A stretch of 64,000 nucleotides of DNA, from positions 1,998-65,997 of the forward strand of contig SLKJ01000030.1 of NCBI GenBank assembly GCA_007134675.1, written 5' to 3'. The DNA is from Bacteroidales bacterium (GTDB taxonomy: Bacteria > Bacteroidota > Bacteroidia > Bacteroidales > PUMT01). Positions 28,274 through 37,913 of this stretch are shown piece by piece. A program made the translations under genes and the position numbers. How positions within the stretch are numbered: the first letter of the stretch is position 1; each line of letters starts with the position of its first letter. Under the pieces are notes generated by a model. The model was not told where the DNA came from. It made no database searches and saw only the letters and a list, made by a program, of their open reading frames with translations.

Positions 28274-29542
28274 ATGGGTTTTGCCTCCTCTTACCTGAAT
28301 AAACACTCTCTTTTTAAACCTTTTATATTATCTGAACCTGAACCGGGTACCGGGATAATAGTTGTAATTCCCAGTTTCAGTGAACCTGATGTATTAAATT
28401 CACTGGAATCTCTATATGACTCAGATCGCCCCTCCTTTCCGGTTGAGGTTATCGTTGTTGTTAACGCTCCTGATGATGCGGGCTTGAATATACTGGACCA
28501 GAACAGAAAAACTGTCAGGCAGGTGGAGCAGTGGATCAGGAAAAAATGTTCTCCATTCTTCCGGGTATATCTTGTTGATGCCCCGCCTTTCCCAAGCAGT
28601 TACGCCGGCGCCGGTCTTGCCCGAAAGGCCGGTATGGATGAGGCTCTGCGCCGCTTTAATATGCTGAAGAATGAAGGGGGGATAATCGCATCTTTTGATG
28701 CTGATTCCAGATGTGACCGCAATTATTTTACTGAACTGGAAAAATGTTTTTCTGATCATCAGATCAGAGGATGCACTATCTATTTTGAGCATCCACTCTC
28801 AGGTGATGATCAGCTACCTACTGTTTATGAGGCTGTTGCCGGGTACGAGCTTTACCTGAGATACTTTATACAGGCAATGAGGCAGACTGGTTTTCCGTGG
28901 TCTTTTCATACCCTTGGCAGCTGTTTTGCTGTTCGTGCTAAAGTATATGCCAGCCAGGGGGGAATGAACAGGAAGAAGGCGGGCGAGGACTTCTATTTTC
29001 TGCATAAGATATTCCCTCTTGGTAAATTCACTGAAGTGAATACCACCAGGGTAATACCCTCATCCCGTATTTCAGGAAGGGTTCCATTCGGAACCGGTGC
29101 TGCCATTAAAAGATATATCTCCGGCGACCGGTCTCTGCTGAACACCTATTCAGTCAGTTCCTTCGATGATCTGTCAGTCCTTTTCAGTGCAAATTCCGGT
29201 CTTTTCAATGCTTCAGAAAATCAGGTCAGAAATGTCGTAGCCGGACTACCCGGATGCCTGGAGGACTATCTTAATAACAATGGTTTTCCGGAGGCTGTGG
29301 AGCAGATGAACCTTCATTCAGCAAGTCTGCTGACATTCAGAAAAAGATTTTTTACCTGGTTCAATGCACTGCGTCTGCTTAAGTATTTAAATTTTGCCAG
29401 AGAGAATTGTCATTCCGCCCAGCCTCTGCTACTTATGGCAGGGGAGCTTCTCAGAAGAACCGGGGAGGTGGCTTCTGCTGATTGTGCGGGACTGCTGACC
29501 GGATTCAGGAAACTGCAGAGAGGTGTTATATGGAGATGCTAA
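28274..29542 (+). CDS. Glycosyltransferase family 2-like protein
   Basis: IIVVIPSFSEPD...VIVVVN...FDADS... shows GT-A fold motifs. Length is 422 aa. Confidence 0.65.
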   Translation: MGFASSYLNKHSLFKPFILSEPEPGTGIIVVIPSFSEPDVLNSLESLYDSDRPSFPVEVIVVVNAPDDAGLNILDQNRKTVRQVEQWIRKKCSPFFRVYLVDAPPFPSSYAGAGLARKAGMDEALRRFNMLKNEGGIIASFDADSRCDRNYFTELEKCFSDHQIRGCTIYFEHPLSGDDQLPTVYEAVAGYELYLRYFIQAMRQTGFPWSFHTLGSCFAVRAKVYASQGGMNRKKAGEDFYFLHKIFPLGKFTEVNTTRVIPSSRISGRVPFGTGAAIKRYISGDRSLLNTYSVSSFDDLSVLFSANSGLFNASENQVRNVVAGLPGCLEDYLNNNGFPEAVEQMNLHSASLLTFRKRFFTWFNALRLLKYLNFARENCHSAQPLLLMAGELLRRTGEVASADCAGLLTGFRKLQRGVIWRC

Positions 29543-29841
29543 TTTTCAAATTCAATCACAAAAATATCTTCATTTTCCCTTTTCATAAGATACTGTTCCC
29601 TGGCAAATTTTTCAAGATTCTCATTATCAGTTTTGAGCTCATTCATGCGAGTTGAGTCTTGCCTGATTCTTTCCCTGAAGTATTGTATGTCACTCTCAAG
29701 CTGATTTATCTGCCTCTGTCTCGTCAAACGATTTAAAAGATTGTTCTGGTCAAAAAACAATATCCATATGAAGAAAATAAGAAGGGTTAAAACGTATTTG
29801 TTTTTGATATGAGACATTATTTTTTCCCGAAACCGGATCAT
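29539..29841 (-). CDS. Septum formation initiator (FtsB/DivIC) family protein
   Basis: Single TM helix, a coiled coil, and C-terminal EKFAREQYLMKRENEDIFVI. An alternative start lies at 29817. Confidence 0.7.
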   Translation of the reverse strand: MIRFREKIMSHIKNKYVLTLLIFFIWILFFDQNNLLNRLTRQRQINQLESDIQYFRERIRQDSTRMNELKTDNENLEKFAREQYLMKRENEDIFVIEFEN

Positions 29842-30113
29842 GATATGTCTTTTTAATTTGACACCAGTGCAAAATTAGAGAAAAAACTGAAAGGGAAGCT
29901 TTTATTGTATTCTTTTTTATTAACAGCCGTTGTGAAATATGATAAAGATGTAACTCTTATAAATAGTGATTTTAATCATTTGTAATCACACGTCAAAGGC
30001 ATAATTTCAAATGATTAAAACAGGGTTGTTTCCAAAGTTCAGATACTCAGGGATGTTTCCATGTTTATGAATTAAGCAGACTATAATTTACATAAACTTA
30101 AAACCAACAGGTA

Positions 30114-31742
30114 ATGAATAACGCTCTATTTAATTTTCCACGACCATTGAATGAGGTCATCCGTGACTATTTGCCGGATTCACCGGAGAGGATAAATCTT
30201 GATGCCGAGTTGCGCCGCCAGGCAGACACGGAAATTGAGATTCCCCTGATAATAGGGGGAAAGGAGATCAGAACAGGAAACACGGGGACTGTGGTTATGC
30301 CGCACAACCATTCGCATGTCCTGGCCACCTACCATAAAGCTGGTGAGAAAGAGATAAAGATGGCCATCGATGCTGCCCTTGAGGCCCATAAGGCCTGGTC
30401 AGATCTCTCATGGTCAGTCAGAGCTTCGATATTACTGAAGGCTGCAGATATGATCGCCATGAAGTACCGGCATGTTATTGTGGCGGCGACAATGCTTGGA
30501 CAGAGCAAAAATATCTACCAGGCCGAGATTGAAGCTGCCTGCGAGACTATAGATTTTCTGACATTCAACGTGTATTATGCCGGACGTATCTATGAGAATC
30601 AGCCCAGCTCACCGTTCAACCAGCTTAACAGGATGGATTTCAGGGCTCTGGAAGGCTTTGTGCTGGCAATCAGCCCATTTAATTTTACCGCCATCGCCTC
30701 CAACCTTAACATGGCACCGGTGATGATGGGCAACACCACCCTCTGGAAACCCGCTACCACTGCAATTCTTTCAAATTACCATCTGATGCGGATCTTTATG
30801 GATGCAGGACTGCCCGATGGTGTAATCAATTTTCTCCCTGCAGATGGCAGTGTCATTGGTAAAAATACCCTTTCTTCCCATAATCTGGCCGGGATCCATT
30901 TTACAGGTTCCAATGCCACCTTCAACCACCTGTGGAGGCAGGTAAGCGAAAACCTGACTGGTTACAAATCATATCCCAGGCTTGTAGGGGAGACCGGGGG
31001 TAAGGATTTTATTTTTGTTCACCCTTCGGCAGTGGTTGAAGATGTGGCTGTTAATACCATAAGGGGAGCCTTTGAATATCAGGGACAAAAATGCAGTGCT
31101 GCATCAAGGATGTACGTGCCGGGGTCATTGTGGCCCCGCTTAAAGGAACTTCTGGTAGATATGGCCGGCGATATCAGGATGGGGGACGTGATGGAACATC
31201 AGAATTTCATGAATGCGGTAATAGACAAAAAATCATTCGATAATATTGCCTCCTATATCGATTTTGCAAGGAAGTCAGATGAGACCACCATCATCACAGG
31301 GGGTGAATATGACGACAGTACCGGTTACTTTGTCCGTCCTACTATTGTTGAAACCACAAACCCCGGAAACAGGCTGATGGAGGAGGAGATTTTCGGGCCT
31401 GTGCTTACTATTTTTATTTATGAAGATAACAAACTTGAAGAGGCAATAGACCTGTGCGACACCACCTCTCCTTTCGGTCTGACTGGTGCCGTTTTCGCGC
31501 GTGACAGGATCGCTGCCTCTTACATAGGCGAAAGACTGAGATATGCTGCTGGAAACTTCTATATCAACGACAAGCCCACGGGTGCTATCGTGGGACTTCA
31601 GCCGTTTGGCGGTTCCCGGGCTTCAGGCACCAATGACAAAGCCGGTGACGAATTTAACCTCATCAGATGGATCAGTCCCCGTTCAATCAAGGAGAATTTC
31701 ATCACATCGCCAGATTACAGATATCCTTATATGAAATTGTAA
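30114..31742 (+). CDS. pruA: L-glutamate gamma-semialdehyde (1-pyrroline-5-carboxylate) dehydrogenase
   Basis: 542 aa ALDH fold with catalytic Glu context GETGGKDF and Cys context QGQKCSAASR. Size and N-terminus are typical of stand-alone PruA. Confidence 0.85.
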   Translation: MNNALFNFPRPLNEVIRDYLPDSPERINLDAELRRQADTEIEIPLIIGGKEIRTGNTGTVVMPHNHSHVLATYHKAGEKEIKMAIDAALEAHKAWSDLSWSVRASILLKAADMIAMKYRHVIVAATMLGQSKNIYQAEIEAACETIDFLTFNVYYAGRIYENQPSSPFNQLNRMDFRALEGFVLAISPFNFTAIASNLNMAPVMMGNTTLWKPATTAILSNYHLMRIFMDAGLPDGVINFLPADGSVIGKNTLSSHNLAGIHFTGSNATFNHLWRQVSENLTGYKSYPRLVGETGGKDFIFVHPSAVVEDVAVNTIRGAFEYQGQKCSAASRMYVPGSLWPRLKELLVDMAGDIRMGDVMEHQNFMNAVIDKKSFDNIASYIDFARKSDETTIITGGEYDDSTGYFVRPTIVETTNPGNRLMEEEIFGPVLTIFIYEDNKLEEAIDLCDTTSPFGLTGAVFARDRIAASYIGERLRYAAGNFYINDKPTGAIVGLQPFGGSRASGTNDKAGDEFNLIRWISPRSIKENFITSPDYRYPYMKL

Positions 31743-31757
31743 CCAATACATCTTCTT

Positions 31758-33293
31758 ATGGATCAGTTGCTTTCAAGACTTAACATTAACGGTCTTAATC
31801 AAGGGGCCTGTACCGGTACAGACTGGATCAGGACATCAGGGACAAAGATCACATCATATTCCCCCTCCGATAACGGGGCAATAGCAGATGTTGCTACCGC
31901 CGGCAATGAGGATTATGAATATGTTATTGAAAAAGCGGAACAGGCATTCAGGATCTGGCGTGAGATACCGGCACCCAGGCGGGGTGAGGTTGTAAGGCAG
32001 ATCGGCAATGCTCTCAGGGAAAAGAAGGAAGACCTGGGTAGCCTGGTCTCCCTGGAGATGGGTAAAATATATGAAGAGGGGCTTGGTGAGGTCCAGGAGA
32101 TGATTGATATCTGCGATTTTGCTGTTGGCCAGTCCCGCCTTCTCAATGGATTTACAATGCATTCAGAGAGGGAGAAACATCGCTTATACGACCAGTATCA
32201 TCCTTATGGAATAGTGGGTTTGATCACCTCGTTCAATTTCCCCGTTGCCGTATGGGCGTGGAATGCGATGCTGGCTGCTGTCTGCGGTGATGTTGTGATC
32301 TGGAAACCCAGTTCACAAACCCCGCTTTGTGCAATTGCCGTTCAGAAAATCATCTCAGATGTACTCAGGAAAAACGATGTGCCTGAAGGTGTTTTCAATA
32401 TGATCATTGCGCAGTCTTCTGTTCTTGGAGACAGCTTCGCAGCGGACAAAAGGATACCTCTTTTTTCGATTACCGGGTCAACGGCGGTCGGAAAGAAACT
32501 TGGGGCAATAATCGGTGGTCGTCTGGGCAGGGTTATACAGGAACTGGGTGGCAACAACGCCGTGATAATCGCACCAGGTGCCAATATGGAGATGGCAATA
32601 AAATCTGTGGTGTTCGGGGCAGTGGGGACAGCAGGGCAGAGATGTACCTCAACAAGAAGGCTGATCATCCACGAAAGTGTTTATGATGCTGTCAGAAAAA
32701 GTCTTTTAACAGCTTATGAAAGTGTAGCTGCCAGGATAGGCCATCCTCTGGATAGGGAAACCCTTGTGGGACCGCTGATAAGCGGAGATGCCGTGCAGGC
32801 ATTTCTGTCTGCTGTTGAAAATGTAAAGCAGGAGGGTGGTAAATTGATTTTTGGCGGAGGACTTTACAAACCAGATAAGCAGGCATTCTCCAATTATGTT
32901 GTTCCTGCCCTGGTGGAAGCTGAGAACCATTACAGTACAGTGCAGGAAGAAACCTTTGCTCCTGTATTATACCTGATTAAATACAGGACCATTGAGGAGG
33001 CCATAACCATCAATAATGATGTGCCACAAGGACTCTCTTCAGCTATTTTCACGGAAAACCTGCGTGAGGCTGAACTGTTTTTATCTGAAGCCGGTTCGGA
33101 CTGTGGTATTGCCAATGTAAATATCGGGACCTCAGGGGCAGAGATAGGGGGTGCTTTTGGTGGCGAGAAGGAAACGGGGGGAGGCAGGGAATCCGGTTCC
33201 GACGCATGGAAGCAATATATGCGCCGTCAGACCAATACGATCAACTATGGGCTTGAATTGCCTCTTGCCCAGGGAATAAGGTTTGACTTTTAA
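31758..33293 (+). CDS. Aldehyde dehydrogenase, ALDH7 / piperideine-6-carboxylate dehydrogenase-like
   Basis: ELGGNNA and GQRCTSTRR catalytic contexts. The N-terminus LNQGACTG...TSYSPSDNGAIA is typical of the ALDH7 (AmaB-like) subfamily. Confidence 0.7.
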   Translation: MDQLLSRLNINGLNQGACTGTDWIRTSGTKITSYSPSDNGAIADVATAGNEDYEYVIEKAEQAFRIWREIPAPRRGEVVRQIGNALREKKEDLGSLVSLEMGKIYEEGLGEVQEMIDICDFAVGQSRLLNGFTMHSEREKHRLYDQYHPYGIVGLITSFNFPVAVWAWNAMLAAVCGDVVIWKPSSQTPLCAIAVQKIISDVLRKNDVPEGVFNMIIAQSSVLGDSFAADKRIPLFSITGSTAVGKKLGAIIGGRLGRVIQELGGNNAVIIAPGANMEMAIKSVVFGAVGTAGQRCTSTRRLIIHESVYDAVRKSLLTAYESVAARIGHPLDRETLVGPLISGDAVQAFLSAVENVKQEGGKLIFGGGLYKPDKQAFSNYVVPALVEAENHYSTVQEETFAPVLYLIKYRTIEEAITINNDVPQGLSSAIFTENLREAELFLSEAGSDCGIANVNIGTSGAEIGGAFGGEKETGGGRESGSDAWKQYMRRQTNTINYGLELPLAQGIRFDF

Positions 33294-33454
33294 TATACTT
33301 GCCCGATAATCCGGAGAGCAATGATAAGATATAAGTCTCAAACCGGTTCATGTGATTACGGTTCGGGCAAATTTTATATTTTTGCATACCGGAAATAGTA
33401 ATTTGTTGACGAAATATACAAATCCGTCCTCAGGTATGCACTAACAACAGTCAT

Positions 33455-34099
33455 ATGGCAATAAAATTCCTGCTTCAATTGTTGCTGCTCACGGTGATCA
33501 GTTTTTCCTTAACCTCAATCACGGGATGCGGTAATAAACAAATGCGAAACTTTAATACTATTCCTACATTTACCATAAATTATGTTAATGCTGTAATTGA
33601 AATACCTGCAGGCACAAACCGTAAGATTTCATATAATGAGGAGAAGAGAATGTTTTTGGTTGAGCAGGTTGATGGTGATGACAGGGTCGTGGATTTTCTC
33701 CCTTATCCGGCAAATTACGGATTTGTTCCGGGAACATTTATTGATCCTGTGATGGGGGGTGATGGTTATCCGGTTGACATATTAGTGATTTCAGAGAGCC
33801 TTCCTACTGGAACGGTGCTTGAAGTCATCCCACTGCTTGTTCTCTATTTTGAAGATGATTCAGGATACGGCGACCGCCTTACCGATCCCAAGATAATAGC
33901 CACACCGGCAAGCGAACGGCTGCGGGTTATACGTGCTCTTAATTATGAGGATCTGTTTGAAAAGTATCCCGACCTGGTTGATATACTGATAAAATGGTTT
34001 ATATCGTATGAGGGAACAGGTGTCAGAGAACTTAAAGCCATGGGGGACGGAGAGGTGGCACTGAATGAGATAAGGAAATGGGAGATCAGAAGATTTTAA
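33455..34099 (+). CDS. Family I inorganic pyrophosphatase-like lipoprotein
   Basis: Lipobox LTSITGC, then VIEIPAGTNRK..., YPANYGFVPGT and DGYPVDILV (compare canonical DGDPxDvlV). Confidence 0.7.
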   Translation: MAIKFLLQLLLLTVISFSLTSITGCGNKQMRNFNTIPTFTINYVNAVIEIPAGTNRKISYNEEKRMFLVEQVDGDDRVVDFLPYPANYGFVPGTFIDPVMGGDGYPVDILVISESLPTGTVLEVIPLLVLYFEDDSGYGDRLTDPKIIATPASERLRVIRALNYEDLFEKYPDLVDILIKWFISYEGTGVRELKAMGDGEVALNEIRKWEIRRF

Positions 34100-34226
34100 A
34101 AAAGTTTTGAATTTATCTCATGATTGTCCGTTATTGTCAGGGCAATAATTTTCAGTTTTTTGGTGATATTGTTAAACCCCATGAAATGACTGGTGAATAT
34201 GTTAGTTTTTAATTAATTCTTTGATC

Positions 34227-34781
34227 ATGGAAAGAGAAAAAGCTCTGGAACTTCTTAAGGAATATGTTAAAGACGAAAAAATGCGCATTCATTGCCTCGC
34301 TTCAGAAGCGGTGCTGCGTGCCCTGGCCGGAAGACTTGGTGAGGATGAGGATAAATGGGGCCTGGCGGGGTTATTGCATGATATTGATGTGGAGATGACC
34401 AATGCCGATCCTGAAAAGCATGCCCTTCAAGCGGGAACTATACTTGACGGTTATAACCTTGATCCGGAAATCATAGACGCTATTACCATGCACAACGAAA
34501 AGGCCACGGGCAGGGAGAGAAGTACCCTTTTCCAGCATGCCCTTGCTGCGGGAGAGACCATTACCGGACTGGTCTATGCCACAGCCCTGGTCTACCCAGA
34601 CAAAAAGATCTCTTCTGTAAAACCCAAATCGGTCGTAAAGAGGATGAAGGAGAAGGCCTTTGCCGCATCAGTAAGTCGTGATCACATCCTTGAATGCGAA
34701 AAGATTGGCATCCCTCTTCCGGAATTTGCCGAACTGGCTGTCAATGCCATGAAAGAAATTAGTGACGATATCGGTCTGTAA
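34227..34781 (+). CDS. HD-domain metal-dependent phosphohydrolase family protein
   Basis: H...LLHDID...H motif set. Small all-helical protein. I prefer the ATG at 34227 to the TTG at 34221. Confidence 0.6.
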   Translation: MEREKALELLKEYVKDEKMRIHCLASEAVLRALAGRLGEDEDKWGLAGLLHDIDVEMTNADPEKHALQAGTILDGYNLDPEIIDAITMHNEKATGRERSTLFQHALAAGETITGLVYATALVYPDKKISSVKPKSVVKRMKEKAFAASVSRDHILECEKIGIPLPEFAELAVNAMKEISDDIGL

Positions 34782-34786
34782 TGATA

Positions 34787-36082
34787 TCAGTTTCTTGAGT
34801 TAACCCTAATAGCCCCTACAAGTCTGTCGATACGGCTTCCCGGAGGTCTATGGTATACCTTTATGAAATAGTCGTTTTCGGTCTCAAAAAAGTTACCTTC
34901 AAAGATGGTAATATCAGCTTCGGATGCTCCCTCTTCAAGGAAAGCGAAATGATAGTTATAATAACCCTGCTTGAGAAGCATACCAAGCTCATATGCCTTG
35001 TTATCGTAATTATATTTCATCCTGTTCCGTTGGTGAAAATTCCAGTCGCCTAATTGTCCGAGAATATAAACATTTCCGTTGTCAAAAGGCACATCCCAGG
35101 GAAGGGTGAACCATACCATCACGTAGTCCGCGTCAATGGATGGATTACGCCCCTCCTCATTCCTGATGAGATACCTGCCGTTTATGTCATGATGTGAAAA
35201 ATACCTTGAATATTGCCGGGAGTCTGAAGTCTGAAGCTCAACATGGTTAATCCCACCGGAAAATTCAATATTCCTGATAAACTCAGTCCGCGAACGGAGA
35301 CTCTTGGTGTCAAAATTTCTGAATTCATTACCTGCCGGAAAGATCAGCTTTTGATCATGCTCATAGACTATTTCATGGGATCTTATAAACATTGGGTTGA
35401 TTCCTTTTAAGCTGTTGTCAGTTCGTCCGTTCTGCATTACCGTTACAAAAAGTTCAGAATGCGGATCGGTAATGTTAAGCTCCGTATGAAATATGCTGAA
35501 GGTCAGTTGCTGACCTGTATGGTAATGTTTAGTCTGACGGGGTCTGTGTACACGGGCCTGAATGGTTACCACCGGGTCATTAATCATAAATCTCCTGGTT
35601 AAAACAACGTTTTCCACATCAAAATCCTCGTATACCTTCAGAATATAATTTCCGGGGAGTCTGGGGCTGACATCAAAATTTGGAATTGTCAGGGAATAAT
35701 GCGTAAAGGAAACAAAAGTGTTGAATGAGAACCTGTAATTATCAATCTGGTTCTCAAAAAATCCATCCATATAATCAGAAGGAATCAGAGAAGACCGGGT
35801 CCAGTCCGCGTTACAATGAATGATCCTGTACTGGTAGTTTTTTACGTCTGCATCAAGATCGTCAAAACTGAATATGAGCACATCATCGCTTTCCAGTTCA
35901 ATGACAGGGTAGGACATTTCCCATCCTATGGCATGCATGCGGACGGTTTTGATATTATCCCTGTATACGTAATCCTCGAATATCAAAGAATTATGGCTGG
36001 TTGCATATAGCCCCGGAAAAGCTGACATAAAGACAGCACAGATAAGGTATAAAACGCCGGGTGAGGCCTGAACAATTTGCAT
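34787..36082 (-). CDS. DUF5103 / type IX secretion system plug-like protein
   Basis: Signal peptide. The pattern IFSFDDL..D.KNYQYRIIHCNADW..S.L.PSDYMDGF...GNEFRNFDT...LKQGYYNYHF matches my recollection of the DUF5103 (T9SS plug N-terminal domain) family. Confidence 0.55.
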   Translation of the reverse strand: MQIVQASPGVLYLICAVFMSAFPGLYATSHNSLIFEDYVYRDNIKTVRMHAIGWEMSYPVIELESDDVLIFSFDDLDADVKNYQYRIIHCNADWTRSSLIPSDYMDGFFENQIDNYRFSFNTFVSFTHYSLTIPNFDVSPRLPGNYILKVYEDFDVENVVLTRRFMINDPVVTIQARVHRPRQTKHYHTGQQLTFSIFHTELNITDPHSELFVTVMQNGRTDNSLKGINPMFIRSHEIVYEHDQKLIFPAGNEFRNFDTKSLRSRTEFIRNIEFSGGINHVELQTSDSRQYSRYFSHHDINGRYLIRNEEGRNPSIDADYVMVWFTLPWDVPFDNGNVYILGQLGDWNFHQRNRMKYNYDNKAYELGMLLKQGYYNYHFAFLEEGASEADITIFEGNFFETENDYFIKVYHRPPGSRIDRLVGAIRVNSRN

Positions 36083-36329
36083 TTGTTGTTGTTATTTTAA
36101 TGGTTATTAAACGATTTTTTTTCCCTGTAATTGTGAAATATTTAACAATTGTGCCTTGCTTTGTCAAAGCGCTGCAAAATAAAATTTTACAGATTATTGG
36201 TCTATGTAAAAATAATAATGCATAAAACAACTATCACTATTAACATGAGAAAATTGAATGTTGATTTGGACAAATTAGCTAAAATTCATACCTGTAAACA
36301 AGGTAAGTCAATTTTATTTTCATTTGTTG

Positions 36330-36506
36330 GTGTGTAATTTTAAATAAAAAAAAATTCATCTACATTTCTCCTGTAAAAAGCCAAAATTTTGTTCTTAATA
36401 AAATGACAAAATTTTGACTTACACTCGGAAACACTTCGTTTTCACATGAATTTTTTTCATCTTGTATGTGTGTATTTTAAGCTGAAAAAAATTCATGTAT
36501 ATTTGT
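36330..36506 (+). repeat. Intergenic repeat family, copy B (upstream of nqrA), with internally duplicated promoter-like module
   Basis: The module GTGTGTAATTTTA..AAAAAATTCATCTACATTTC (36330-36368) recurs as GTGTGTATTTTAAGCTGAAAAAAATTCATGTATATTTG (36467-36505). The core between them aligns with copies A and C. Confidence 0.75.
36498..36505 (+). promoter_or_regulatory. -7 element candidate TAtaTTTG upstream of nqrA
   Basis: Exact TAnnTTTG match, 33 nt before the ATG at 36539. Confidence 0.45.
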
Positions 36507-36538
36507 TAAATTTTAAATTAACAGCAACAAGAAAAAAG

Positions 36539-37891
36539 ATGTCTGAGGTAATCAAGCTTAAAAAAGGACTTAATATTCCGTTGAAAGGAAAAGCTGAAAA
36601 GGTGCTGATTGATCCCGGTCCCCCAGGTCAGTATGCCCTCAAACCGGCCGACTTTCAAGGTATCAGGCCCAAGATGCTGGTGCGGGTAAACGATCAGGTA
36701 AAAGCGGGAACACCTCTCTTTTTTGATAAGTACAATCCCGATATGTTTTTCACCGCACCTGCCAGTGGCAGGGTAATTGCGGTTAACAGGGGTGAGCGGA
36801 GAAAAATACTTGAGGTTATCATTAAGGCTGATGATAAAATTGAATATGAGGAGTTTGGTAAGGCTGATCCAGACAAAACAGACCGCGAAAAAATTGTAAA
36901 ACGACTTTTGCAGAGCGGTTTATGGCCCCTGCTTCGGCAGCGTCCCTATGGGATCATTCCAAAGCCTGATAGCAGACCGCGATCAATATTTATATCCGGA
37001 TTTGATACTGCACCGCTGGCACCTGACTATAATTTTATCATGCAGGATTCGGCCAGTGAGTTCCAGGCAGGAATTGATGTACTCAGGAAGCTTACTGACG
37101 GGCAAATACATCTGAATGTAAGTGTCGATTATCCGGTTCCTGATGTTTATAAAAATGCTGCAGGCGTTCAGCTTAATTATTTTTCAGGTCCCCATCCGTC
37201 AGGTAATCCGGGTGTGCAGATACACCACCTCGATCCGGTTCACAAAAATGGCACCGTCTGGTATATCGGTCCCCAAAACCTGCTGGTAATCGGGAGACTT
37301 TTCCTTAAAGGGGTGGTTGATTTTTCGAGAATTGTGGCACTTACCGGGTCAGAGGTTATTAATCCCCAATATTATCGCACCACGATGGGGGCATCGGTAG
37401 ATAATATTATCAGGGATAATATAAAGGAGGGAAATAACCGTTTTATAAGCGGAAATGTACTTACCGGTACCAGGATACCCGCTAAAGGGTTTATCGGTTT
37501 CTATGATTCACAGGTCACTGTTATACCGGAAGGCGACCATCACAGATTTATGGGTTGGGCTTCACCAGGATTTGACCGTTTCAGTGCTTCCCGGTCATTC
37601 TTTGCATGGATGATGCCAGGCAGGAAATATGTATCTGATACCAATTATAACGGTGGCCCCAGGGCTTTTGTAATGACAGGTGAATATGAAAAGGTCCTTC
37701 CGATGGATATTATTCCCCAACAGCTTGTCAAGGCAATAATTGTTGAGGATATTGATAAAATGGAAAATCTCGGCATTTATGAGGTTGTGGAAGAAGATCT
37801 CGCACTGTGTGAATATATATGTACTTCAAAAACAGAGGTTCAAACCATTATCCGTCATGGGATTGATCTTATGATAAAGGAAACAAGCTGA
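36539..37891 (+). CDS. nqrA: Na+-translocating NADH:quinone oxidoreductase subunit A
   Basis: MSEVIKLKKGLNIPLKGKAE... is a typical NqrA N-terminus and this is the first gene of nqrABCDEF. The start is moved from the track's 36446, which lies inside the repeat. Confidence 0.9.
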   Translation: MSEVIKLKKGLNIPLKGKAEKVLIDPGPPGQYALKPADFQGIRPKMLVRVNDQVKAGTPLFFDKYNPDMFFTAPASGRVIAVNRGERRKILEVIIKADDKIEYEEFGKADPDKTDREKIVKRLLQSGLWPLLRQRPYGIIPKPDSRPRSIFISGFDTAPLAPDYNFIMQDSASEFQAGIDVLRKLTDGQIHLNVSVDYPVPDVYKNAAGVQLNYFSGPHPSGNPGVQIHHLDPVHKNGTVWYIGPQNLLVIGRLFLKGVVDFSRIVALTGSEVINPQYYRTTMGASVDNIIRDNIKEGNNRFISGNVLTGTRIPAKGFIGFYDSQVTVIPEGDHHRFMGWASPGFDRFSASRSFFAWMMPGRKYVSDTNYNGGPRAFVMTGEYEKVLPMDIIPQQLVKAIIVEDIDKMENLGIYEVVEEDLALCEYICTSKTEVQTIIRHGIDLMIKETS

Positions 37892-37913
37892 AAATAATAT
37901 AATTATTCAACAC

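Noticed and set aside
36149-36337. 62-aa track ORF in the gap between the plug-like gene and nqrA.
   Set aside because: It lies in AT-rich promoter DNA and runs into the repeat. Its composition is low-complexity K/I/N-rich and it has no recognisable motif.
36446-36538. N-terminal extensions proposed by the ORF track. These cover nqrA (36446), fabD (23747), nqrD (39702), trkA (57372) and the GGGPS gene (12427).
   Set aside because: The extensions overlap upstream genes or the intergenic repeat and add non-homologous residues. Internal ATGs give canonical N-termini (MSEVIKLKKG, MKLSSSS...FIFPGQG, MSKSEKEPLF, MKIIIAGAGEVG, MIYQSIL).
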